From Bacteroidales bacterium (GTDB taxonomy: Bacteria > Bacteroidota > Bacteroidia > Bacteroidales > GCA-2711565), in assembly GCA_963674935.2 (NCBI GenBank), contig CAXXWZ010000007.1, positions 748,710 to 812,709 on the forward strand: a stretch of 64,000 nt of DNA, given 5' to 3'. Position numbers and translations under genes: made by a program. Below, piece by piece: positions 9,206 to 17,532 of the stretch. The notes beneath the pieces are model-generated. The model had not been told where the DNA came from and made no database searches. It saw nothing but the letters and a program-made list of their open reading frames with translations. Each line of letters starts with the position of its first letter. Within the stretch, counting starts at the first letter, position 1.

Positions 9206-11770
9206 ATGCTAAAACGATTTATTATGAAAAAAATGCTACAAAGTATTGCTGTAGCAGTTATGTTTATGCTTTTTAGTAGTAGCCTAATTGCTCAAGGCTA
9301 TGTAAAAGGTGTTGTAACTGACGCTTCGGCAAAGGAAACCCTAATTGGGGCAACTGTTCTGTTGAAAGGAACATCAACAGGAGTAACTACTGATCTTGAT
9401 GGACGCTTTACCCTTAAGATTCCAGCTGGTGAACAAACATTAATTATTCAGTTTGTTGGTTTTGTTACCCAGGAAATGGCTGTTACAGTTAGCAATGGAC
9501 AAACAGTAGACCTTGGAACTATAACATTGGATGGCGATCAATTTGGATTGGATGAAATAACCGTGTTTGCCTCTCTTGGTATTGCTCGAAAAACTCCGGT
9601 AGCCATGTCATCGATATCGGCCGATCTAATTGAAAATAAATTGGGTTCTCAGGAATTTCCAGAAATCTTAAAATCAACCCCTGGTGTATATGCTACTAAG
9701 TCGGGTGGTGGATTTGGTGACGGAAGAGTGAATCTTCGTGGTTTTAATTCAGAGAACGTGGCTGTTATGATTAATGGAGCCCCTGTTAATGATATGGAAA
9801 ACGGTAGGGTATATTGGAGTAACTGGGCAGGTTTAGCTGACGTAACTCGCACCATGCAGGTACAACGTGGATTAGGAGCTTCAAAAATTGCGGTTCCATC
9901 TATTGGTGGTACTATAAATGTTGTTACCAAAACAACTGATGTTGAAGAAGGAGGGAGTGTATTTACTTCGACCGGAAATGCTGGCTACCAAAAATATGGA
10001 TTAACACTTTCAACCGGATTATCTGATAATGGTTGGGCTATGACTGTATCCGGTTCCAGAACAAAGGGAGATGGTTATATAGATGGAACTCAATTCGATG
10101 GTTTCAATTACTTCGTTAATATCTCAAAGAACTTTGGTTCAAAGCATGTCTTATCACTTAGCTCATTTGGTGCTAAGCAAAGACACGGACAAAGACAAAA
10201 TAGTCACCTCATATCAACTTACAGGGCTGCCGAAAGTGGAACTAGGTATAATGCTGATTGGGGATTGAGAGATGGACAGGTTGTTAATGTTGAAGATAAT
10301 TTCTATTTCAAGCCTCAAACTTCACTAAACCACTATTGGACAATAAATGAAAAATCAAGCCTATCAACTGCAATTTATGCCTCTTGGGGTACCGGTGGTG
10401 GCGGTGGAAGAGGCGGTGACAACGGCCTGTTTAATATTACACTTGGTGGACCAGACCAACCTATGGATATAGGTAATATCGTGAATACAAATATAGAGAA
10501 TGGTCCTTTAGGTGCTAGTGCATGGTTAAGAGCTTCTCATAACGATCATAGCTGGTATGGTTTGCTTTCTACATTTAATAGAAAATTGAATGATAATTTA
10601 GATTTTATTGCTGGTGTTGATTTAAGAACATATGTTGGACATCACTATTACGAAGTAACAGATCTATTAGGTGCATCATATATTTATAATGATGACGATA
10701 TTAATGCACCAAATCGAGCACTAAAAGTTGGTGATAAATACAATTATTATAATGATGGACGAGTTGGATGGCAAGGATTATTCACTCAATTGGAGTATAA
10801 CAAAGATAAATTAACCACCTTTGTGTCTGCATCCCTTTCAAATACATCTTATCAAAGAGTCGATTTCTTTCAGTACTTAGATTCTGATCCCATGCAAACA
10901 ACAGACAAATACAACTTTATGGGATTTGGTGTGAAAGGTGGAGCAAATTATAACCTCAGTCAAAGAAGTAATCTCTTTGCTAATATTGGTTATATTGAAA
11001 AGGCTGCTGGTTTTGATGCGGTTTTCCAAGGTTACGATAATGAACATGTTAATCAAGATGCTGTTAATCAGAAAGTATTTAGTGTTGAATTTGGATACGG
11101 ATACAGAAGTGAAAAATTCACCGCCAACTTGAACGTCTATAACACTAAGTGGAAAGATAGAACAGTAACTCGTTTTAATGTAATTGATGGCGTTACATAT
11201 TTTGCCAACTTAGTTGGAGTAAATGCCTTGCACCAAGGGATTGAACTTGATGTTACTTATAAACCCACAACAAAATTTAGAGCTTATGGAATGCTTTCTT
11301 TAGCAGATTGGAGATGGGATAATGACATAGAGAATGTCCAAATTTATAATGAGGATCAAGTTCCTGTTGGTAATCCTTTTAACTTATTTATTAAAGATGT
11401 AAAAGTTTCAAATGCTGCCCAAACAACTGCAGCTATAGGAATGGACTATCGAATTATGGAAAGAACACATTTTACACTCGATTATAACTATTATGCTGAC
11501 TTATATGCAGATTATAACCCTGATGCAAGAACAAGTGCAGGATTACCTGCGCCATGGAAAGTTCCTGCTTATGGAATTCTTGATGCAAGTATAAGGTATA
11601 GCTTCAATTTTGGTGGTTATGATGCAACCATTATCGGACGTGTAAATAATGTTTTTGATACTGAGTATATTGCTGATGCAAGAGACGGAGCAAATAATGA
11701 TGCTTTGACATCTCTAGTATGGTATGGGTTTGGAAGAACTTATAATATCAGTGCAAAAATTAATTTTTAA
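9206..11770 (+). CDS. TonB-dependent receptor with N-terminal carboxypeptidase-regulatory-like domain
   Basis: 854-aa ORF: signal peptide, CarboxypepD_reg-like beta-sandwich (VKGVVTDASAKETLIGATVLLKGTSTGVTTDLDGRF), plug (RGFNSENVAVMINGAPVND) and a C-terminal barrel ending ...YNISAKINF. Paralogous to 13710..16319. Confidence 0.85.
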   Translation: MLKRFIMKKMLQSIAVAVMFMLFSSSLIAQGYVKGVVTDASAKETLIGATVLLKGTSTGVTTDLDGRFTLKIPAGEQTLIIQFVGFVTQEMAVTVSNGQTVDLGTITLDGDQFGLDEITVFASLGIARKTPVAMSSISADLIENKLGSQEFPEILKSTPGVYATKSGGGFGDGRVNLRGFNSENVAVMINGAPVNDMENGRVYWSNWAGLADVTRTMQVQRGLGASKIAVPSIGGTINVVTKTTDVEEGGSVFTSTGNAGYQKYGLTLSTGLSDNGWAMTVSGSRTKGDGYIDGTQFDGFNYFVNISKNFGSKHVLSLSSFGAKQRHGQRQNSHLISTYRAAESGTRYNADWGLRDGQVVNVEDNFYFKPQTSLNHYWTINEKSSLSTAIYASWGTGGGGGRGGDNGLFNITLGGPDQPMDIGNIVNTNIENGPLGASAWLRASHNDHSWYGLLSTFNRKLNDNLDFIAGVDLRTYVGHHYYEVTDLLGASYIYNDDDINAPNRALKVGDKYNYYNDGRVGWQGLFTQLEYNKDKLTTFVSASLSNTSYQRVDFFQYLDSDPMQTTDKYNFMGFGVKGGANYNLSQRSNLFANIGYIEKAAGFDAVFQGYDNEHVNQDAVNQKVFSVEFGYGYRSEKFTANLNVYNTKWKDRTVTRFNVIDGVTYFANLVGVNALHQGIELDVTYKPTTKFRAYGMLSLADWRWDNDIENVQIYNEDQVPVGNPFNLFIKDVKVSNAAQTTAAIGMDYRIMERTHFTLDYNYYADLYADYNPDARTSAGLPAPWKVPAYGILDASIRYSFNFGGYDATIIGRVNNVFDTEYIADARDGANNDALTSLVWYGFGRTYNISAKINF

Positions 11771-11776
11771 TAAAAA

Positions 11777-13630
11777 ATGATGTATAAGATGAAAAAAATT
11801 ATATACTTAGCAGCGGTACTTGGACTCTTTTTCGCGTCAGCTTGTACCCCTATGAGCGATATCAATAAAGAGATAGACGCTATGGTAACCCCAATTGTTG
11901 GGAATGCAGAGTTCACACTCACCGATGCAGATTACGATGAATTGGGCTTAAATTATGGAAGCTTTAGTAATTTGGCAGATGCTAAATCAATGCTTCCACC
12001 ATACTTAAAAAGCAAATACCCAGTTTGGGGAAAAGGCTCATCAGCTCTAATCGGGTACAAATTATATGTTGGTAATGCACCCGGCGTAAGCGATTATACT
12101 TATGCTGATGTATTCACTTTGGCTAAAGCTGATTATGCAGCAAGTGGAAGTAGCGTACAAGGTTTTTATCCTGACGTAACACCTTCAGATTATTTACCTG
12201 ATGTTCTTGCGGCAAATATTACTGCTCCTGAAACTGGACAAATAGAATTAGTAAAATATACTCAATATACTGAGGTGCCTACCATTATTAGTTCTAAAGT
12301 TTATTTTGAAGAAAATCTTGATTATGGTGCTACAGCCGGAGATTTAACAACTATTTCTGCTGGAAATTGGTCAAATCATTCTGGTGCTGCAAATGAATTA
12401 GCGTATGCTGCTACTAGTTTGTCGATGACAGGTTATCCAACAACTGCTGTAGGTGGATCTATGACGATAACAAGTGCTGGATCTGAAGATGTAAATAGCG
12501 CATTTGCCACTATATCTTCAGGAAAAGTATATGCTAGTGCTTTGGTAAATTTAAGTACAGTTGGTTCTGGAACTTATTTTTTCCACTTTATGGATGATGC
12601 ATATGGTTACTCTGCCAGAGTTGGAGCTAAAGATGATGGTTCTGGTAAAATTTTATTTGGTATTGGAGCTAGCTCAAGTACTTTAACTTTTGGTACTACA
12701 GCTTTTGATTTAAACACAACTTATCTTATTGTATCATCTTACGATATAGCAAGTGGTGAAGCAAATTTGTATGTTTTAACATCCGCTGCTGCATCTGAAC
12801 CCGGAACACCAGAAGCAACAAATACTGGAAATGCTGGTTTAATTGTACAAAGAATTGGTGTTCGTCAAGGATTTGGTGGCCCCGATGCAACAATAGATGG
12901 AATACGAGTTGCTAGTTCCTGGACATCAATTATGAGTAATGATGTACTTGAAGATATTGTAACCGGAGCAAAAACTTATAACAAGGTATTTTATTCATGG
13001 ACTGGTAGTAAATGGGACATTCCTGAAGGATCATATCTCTTAACTGCTGAGGATTTTGATGCAATGGGAACCGAATATGGACAGCCTGGATATTATAATA
13101 ATTTCGGTAGTACAATACCACCTGATGATTATGTTCCTACTTTCCTAGGTATTAAATATCCATACGCATTAGCTGGCGATGAATTATTCGTGATTTATGA
13201 TTACTACTCTAGTTCAAGTGGAGCTCAATTACGAGGAAATTTATATACTGTTGTTGATGGTGCATGGAGTGGTTTTCAATCTACAATTAATACCACATTA
13301 CAATTTGGTCATGATGGTACCAATTGGGTTCCAGATAATACCATAAAATTTGAATTTGGGGCAGCAGATTATGCCTATGTAGTTTCTACTTTTACTGGTG
13401 TTTCCGGTTTTGAAAGTGCGGTCTCTAACTTAGCAAGTTATGGTAACTTTAGTTTGTTTAATTGGACTGAAGTTCAGGTGGATGCGGCGATTGATGCTGT
13501 TTTAAAACACAATTACCCTGGAATGGCAGAAGGTCAGAAATTTGCGGTTACCATTTATGTTTATGATGGTTCATCGCATAATTTATTGATAAATTATATT
13601 CTTTCCGGAGGAACTTATGTAAGACAATAA
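11777..13630 (+). CDS. surface lipoprotein of unknown function, partner of the preceding TBDT (not SusD-like)
   Basis: 617-aa ORF with lipobox LFFASAC, starting 6 nt after the TBDT stop. Gly/Ser/Thr/Ala-rich. No SusD-type TPR signature recognised. Confidence 0.6.
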   Translation: MMYKMKKIIYLAAVLGLFFASACTPMSDINKEIDAMVTPIVGNAEFTLTDADYDELGLNYGSFSNLADAKSMLPPYLKSKYPVWGKGSSALIGYKLYVGNAPGVSDYTYADVFTLAKADYAASGSSVQGFYPDVTPSDYLPDVLAANITAPETGQIELVKYTQYTEVPTIISSKVYFEENLDYGATAGDLTTISAGNWSNHSGAANELAYAATSLSMTGYPTTAVGGSMTITSAGSEDVNSAFATISSGKVYASALVNLSTVGSGTYFFHFMDDAYGYSARVGAKDDGSGKILFGIGASSSTLTFGTTAFDLNTTYLIVSSYDIASGEANLYVLTSAAASEPGTPEATNTGNAGLIVQRIGVRQGFGGPDATIDGIRVASSWTSIMSNDVLEDIVTGAKTYNKVFYSWTGSKWDIPEGSYLLTAEDFDAMGTEYGQPGYYNNFGSTIPPDDYVPTFLGIKYPYALAGDELFVIYDYYSSSSGAQLRGNLYTVVDGAWSGFQSTINTTLQFGHDGTNWVPDNTIKFEFGAADYAYVVSTFTGVSGFESAVSNLASYGNFSLFNWTEVQVDAAIDAVLKHNYPGMAEGQKFAVTIYVYDGSSHNLLINYILSGGTYVRQ

Positions 13631-13656
13631 ATGAGATTTAATTCGATTTTTTAATA

Positions 13657-13685
13657 AAAAAGGAGGTCATCGACCTCCTTTTTTA
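13657..13685. terminator. bidirectional rho-independent terminator between convergent genes
   Basis: AGGAGGTC-atc-GACCTCCT (13661-13679) flanked by an A-run upstream and a T-run downstream. Confidence 0.7.
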
Positions 13686-13709
13686 TTTCTATTCAATATA
13701 AAATGTTTG

Positions 13710-16319
13710 TTAAAAATTAAATTTTAGATTGAAGCTAAACGTTCGTCCAAAGCCCCAATTTCCTTGAAATGTTGAGAGGTTATGATTGCTTCCATCTTCA
13801 CCCCGCATCATGTATTCTTTATCAAATAAATTGAAACAACTCAGACCTGTGAAAATATCGTAGTCAGCTAATTTAAAGTTGTAACCTAAATGGCAATCTA
13901 CAAGACTGAAAGATGGAAGTTTATAGGACTGTTCGCGATCGTTAGGATTGAAGCGTGAAGTAGGGTCAAAATCAGCATAGAGACGATCATTATAGGTGTA
14001 ATTGAAACTGAAGTCGATAAGATCAAAGATTTTGCTTTTTATAAAAATACCCAATTGTGTTTGTGGTGCATCACCAACATAAAGCCCGTTTGCATAAACT
14101 TCTGTTGTATCAACCACAGCATTGTTCTCATTAAAAAGTTCAGCTACTACATCATTTTTCCATTTCCAGTCACCAAGAGTTGCCATTATACCAACACTAA
14201 GTTTCTCGCTAATTGTTTTCTCAAATTCCATCTCAATTCCTTTATGAATTGCATCAAGTCCTCGAACCAGCGCACGGGTTTGAGATTGATCTTCTAATAA
14301 AATATATTCCTTCGAAAGAAAAGAAATGTTGTGCCAGTTTGTATAATAAGCGTTCACGCTAAAACGCTGATTGTGATTTAAAAAACCGTATCCAATTTCC
14401 ATCGAATAAATGTTTTCGTTGCTGATGTTTAGCGAAGGAACATTAGTAAAATTACCGTAAATAAATTTAAAGTATGGTGCTTTTGAGTAGAAAGCAGAGT
14501 TTAAATAAATTTTGTTTTTGGGATTAAGGTGATAACTCATTCCTCCTTTTATATCAAATCCAACTTTGCTAATGCTTTCGCTTTTGATGTCGGTGATGTA
14601 ATTATATCTGTCTTCTCTCTGGTAACTGGTGAATGAAATACTGGAAGCGATGAAACTGTTAAAATTTTTATTGGCATATTCAATCTGACTGAATAAATTG
14701 GTGAAATTGATGATGGCTCCATTATCAACTTTTGTTACATCTCCCACTTGTTTTATTTGATTTCTGCCACTCACACCATCAACGGCCCAAGCATAATCAT
14801 CAATCCAAAATTCACCGCCTAATAAATCTCTCACCTTTTCTTGAAGCTTCGATTTAAAGTATCGTTGATGGATTCCTCCAATAAATTTAAATTTATCATT
14901 GATTTGATAATCGAGGCTTGAGAGGATTCCTGTCCAAACATGACTAGCTAAAAAATCGGTTTGGATAATATTTGAATATCCATTTATATTTTCACCATTA
15001 GCCAAGTTATAGTTGGGCTGATTTCCTGTATTTAAACCATAAATTCCATCCCAATCAATCTGCTGACTGGCATTTCTGAATGAAAAAATAGATGGGCCGT
15101 AAATATAATTTGATGGATCGTAGTTAAAAGATTCAGCCCATTTTCCACCACCGTAACCGTATGAAAAATAAGCAGACGTTGCCAAAAACATTTTATCGTT
15201 AATTTTCCAATAGTGGTTAAGATTTGCTTGAGGTTTGTGGTAATAATTTTCGGAAATGTTGTTTAGTTTTCCATTGTAACTGCCCCAATCTTTATTGAAT
15301 TTTATGCCATGCTGTTTCACTTCATCATTTGAGAGTAAAAGGTTACGCTGGCCATGTTTTTCGGGAGCACCCAAAAGTGTAAAAGTCATTTTATGATTTT
15401 TATTGAATTGTTTACTAGCCGATAAAAAATATGCCCAGGCATCAACATAGGTTGCATCAACATAGCCGGGGCCAGAAGTGTGTGAGCCCAAGAACGTAAT
15501 GGCCCATCCATTATCCAAAAGGCCTGAAGACAAACTAATGGTGTTTTTTTTATTACCATAACTACTTATTGAATGAAGGAAAGATCCACCCTTTTTAGCA
15601 TTTGTAGATTTAGTAATAATGTTGATGGTTCCACCTATAGAATTTAATGCAACTTTTGATGCACCTATTCCTTTTTGTACCTGAATCATTTCAGTGGCTT
15701 CTGCAAGCCCAATCCAGTTGTTCCAATAAACCAGGCCATTTTCAACGCTACTAATTGGGATCCCGTTGAGGAGTAGTGCAACATTTTCTTGTTTAAATCC
15801 TCTTAAGCTTACTTTGGCATCGCCGCTACCGCCACCGGTTCTGGTTGCATAAATTCCCGGAATGCTTTTCATGATTTCAGGATAGGTTTGATCGCCCAAC
15901 TCTTTTTCAATCACAGCCGATCTTATGTTTGAAACTGAAACGGGTGTGTTGTTGTCTGTAACAATCGAAGAGATAATATTAACTTCAATTAAATCGATTG
16001 ATTCGGGTTCAAGAGATAAATTACCCAATTCGATTAAATGATCAGAACCACCTGCTAGCACTATCGTTTGAATCTTAAAACCCAGCGAACTCACAATTAA
16101 TTTTTGTGGTCTGGATTTAAGTTCTAAACTAAAATTTCCTGAATAATCTGTAATCGTACCGATTGATCTGTCGCTGGATAAATAAATATTTGCACCCGGA
16201 ATTCCTTCAGAGTCAATACTACTAATAATTTTCCCTGTAATCGAGAACTGTGCCCAAATGTTGGTTGTAATTAAGCTTAGGGTGAGCCCCCAAATAAGTG
16301 TAAAAATTTTTCTTTTCAT
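13710..16319 (-). CDS. TonB-dependent receptor (CarboxypepD_reg + plug + barrel), FMN-riboswitch controlled; candidate riboflavin receptor
   Basis: 869-aa ORF with the same architecture and many shared motifs as 9206..11770 (for example YYHKPQANLNHYWKINDK versus FYFKPQTSLNHYWTINEK). Ends ...FSFNLKFNF. Preceded by the riboswitch and terminator described below. Confidence 0.85.
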   Translation of the reverse strand: MKRKIFTLIWGLTLSLITTNIWAQFSITGKIISSIDSEGIPGANIYLSSDRSIGTITDYSGNFSLELKSRPQKLIVSSLGFKIQTIVLAGGSDHLIELGNLSLEPESIDLIEVNIISSIVTDNNTPVSVSNIRSAVIEKELGDQTYPEIMKSIPGIYATRTGGGSGDAKVSLRGFKQENVALLLNGIPISSVENGLVYWNNWIGLAEATEMIQVQKGIGASKVALNSIGGTINIITKSTNAKKGGSFLHSISSYGNKKNTISLSSGLLDNGWAITFLGSHTSGPGYVDATYVDAWAYFLSASKQFNKNHKMTFTLLGAPEKHGQRNLLLSNDEVKQHGIKFNKDWGSYNGKLNNISENYYHKPQANLNHYWKINDKMFLATSAYFSYGYGGGKWAESFNYDPSNYIYGPSIFSFRNASQQIDWDGIYGLNTGNQPNYNLANGENINGYSNIIQTDFLASHVWTGILSSLDYQINDKFKFIGGIHQRYFKSKLQEKVRDLLGGEFWIDDYAWAVDGVSGRNQIKQVGDVTKVDNGAIINFTNLFSQIEYANKNFNSFIASSISFTSYQREDRYNYITDIKSESISKVGFDIKGGMSYHLNPKNKIYLNSAFYSKAPYFKFIYGNFTNVPSLNISNENIYSMEIGYGFLNHNQRFSVNAYYTNWHNISFLSKEYILLEDQSQTRALVRGLDAIHKGIEMEFEKTISEKLSVGIMATLGDWKWKNDVVAELFNENNAVVDTTEVYANGLYVGDAPQTQLGIFIKSKIFDLIDFSFNYTYNDRLYADFDPTSRFNPNDREQSYKLPSFSLVDCHLGYNFKLADYDIFTGLSCFNLFDKEYMMRGEDGSNHNLSTFQGNWGFGRTFSFNLKFNF

Positions 16320-16342
16320 TCTTCAATAAATTAATAATTCAT

Positions 16343-16371
16343 AAAAAAACCCCAATATAAAAGTTCGGGGC
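16343..16371 (-). terminator. intrinsic terminator forming the FMN riboswitch expression platform
   Basis: Minus-strand RNA (U)GCCCCGAA-CUUUUAUA-UUGGGG followed by U7 (plus-strand A7 at 16343-16349), about 25 nt before the TBDT ATG. The left arm UGCCCCGAA is a perfect 9-nt complement of UUCGGGGCA at the 5' end of the aptamer. Confidence 0.7.
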
Positions 16372-16453
16372 ATTGAATTATCATTTATTGATACACATAA
16401 TATAAATCTCTGAGCGAGACATATATATGAATAAAAAGTAAATCGATAATATT

Positions 16454-16579
16454 CTTCTTTCATCCAGACTGTACTGTCGGTACCTGAGTTTCACAGGTTC
16501 AGTCTCGCCTTTGGCAAGAGTCGCGGACTTTAACCGCCGGTCGGGAATTTTTGCATTTGCAAATCACCCTGCCCCGAAG
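16454..16579 (-). promoter_or_regulatory. FMN riboswitch (RFN element) aptamer
   Basis: Minus strand reads CUUCGGGGCAGGGUGA[UUUGCAAAUGCAAA]AAUUCCCGACCGGCGGUUAAAGUCCGCGACUCUUGCCAAAGGCGAGACUGAACCUGUGAAACUCAGGUACCGACAGUACAGUCUGGAUGAAAGAAG. It contains essentially all invariant RFN blocks (CUUCGGGGCAGGGUGAAAUUCCCGACCGGCGGU..AGUCCGCGA ... ACCGACAGU..AGUCUGGAUG..AGAAG) and a closing P1 helix UUCUUC/GAAGAA. A TATTTTTG -7-like box lies at 16593-16600. Confidence 0.9.
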
Positions 16580-16668
16580 AAATTAATCAGTGCAAAAATA
16601 GTATTTTAATTAATCAAAAAAGAGCAAAATCCTAATTTAGAATGGGTATTTTTTTTGTGCGAAAAGTT

Positions 16669-17448
16669 TTAAATAATTTTTTTAATAAGTCTTAATTTAT
16701 GACTATAGGATTGTGTGTTTGAATTATAAATACCTTGATGATCAATAGAATCGATACGAACACAACCTGAAGCATGGATAATTTTTGAGTGGGGCAACAG
16801 GATCCCTACATGTGTAATTTCTCCTTCTTCATTGTCAAAAAAACATAAATCAGCAGGTGAAGCATCTGAAATTAAATTAATTGTTTCTCCTTGTGATGCT
16901 TGTTGAGAAGCATCTCTTAATAATTTAATTCCTGATAAATGATAAGCCATTTGAACAAAACCTGAACAATCAATTCCAAAGGGGGTTTTACCGCCCCATA
17001 AATATGGTGCATGATGATACATCAGGGCGTTCTCGATTATTTTTGCCTGATCATTCTTTTGTGCGGATGAAGCTACTGCACCGTTATATTGGTATTCTTG
17101 CTTATTTAAAAAGAAGGGTTTATTTTCTTCGCCATAAATATGACTTCCGAGCAAAATTGGGAATATTGAATTTGTCGTTAAGTTTGTAATTACCTGAACC
17201 AGATCAGTTGAAATAAGATATTTATTAGATGTGACGTATTTAAATTCTTGTTCTGAAATCTGATTCACTTGCTTCACTTCAATCCAACCTTCATAATTGT
17301 CGTCGGTAATTTTAATCTGAACCCAATCTTTTTTTTTAACAAGAATCGTATATGATTGCCCAAATATAAGTTGAGTTACCATCTCGGTTTTATGGCTGGC
17401 TTCTTTTCTAACCGGGATTACACTATATTCACAAACACCGTAACTCAT
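16669..17448 (-). CDS. C40 (NlpC/P60) family peptidase with N-terminal SH3b-like domain
   Basis: 259-aa ORF. Catalytic region YLWGGKTPFGIDCSGFVQMAY plus a downstream ITHVGI histidine motif. Confidence 0.8.
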   Translation of the reverse strand: MSYGVCEYSVIPVRKEASHKTEMVTQLIFGQSYTILVKKKDWVQIKITDDNYEGWIEVKQVNQISEQEFKYVTSNKYLISTDLVQVITNLTTNSIFPILLGSHIYGEENKPFFLNKQEYQYNGAVASSAQKNDQAKIIENALMYHHAPYLWGGKTPFGIDCSGFVQMAYHLSGIKLLRDASQQASQGETINLISDASPADLCFFDNEEGEITHVGILLPHSKIIHASGCVRIDSIDHQGIYNSNTQSYSHKLRLIKKII

Positions 17449-17532
17449 ATGATCTTTTATGATACTAAAATTAATGAATTATTAAATATCTCCTGCAATT
17501 TAGTTATATTTACTTCAAGCTAAATTATTACT

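Noticed and set aside
16454-16579. Initial reading of the structured leader as a cobalamin or TPP riboswitch, because those classes commonly precede TonB-dependent receptors.
   Set aside because: No B12-box/GCCACUG core and no CUGAGA...ACCUGAUCUGGAUAAUGCCAGCG thi-box. The sequence matches the RFN/FMN consensus block for block.
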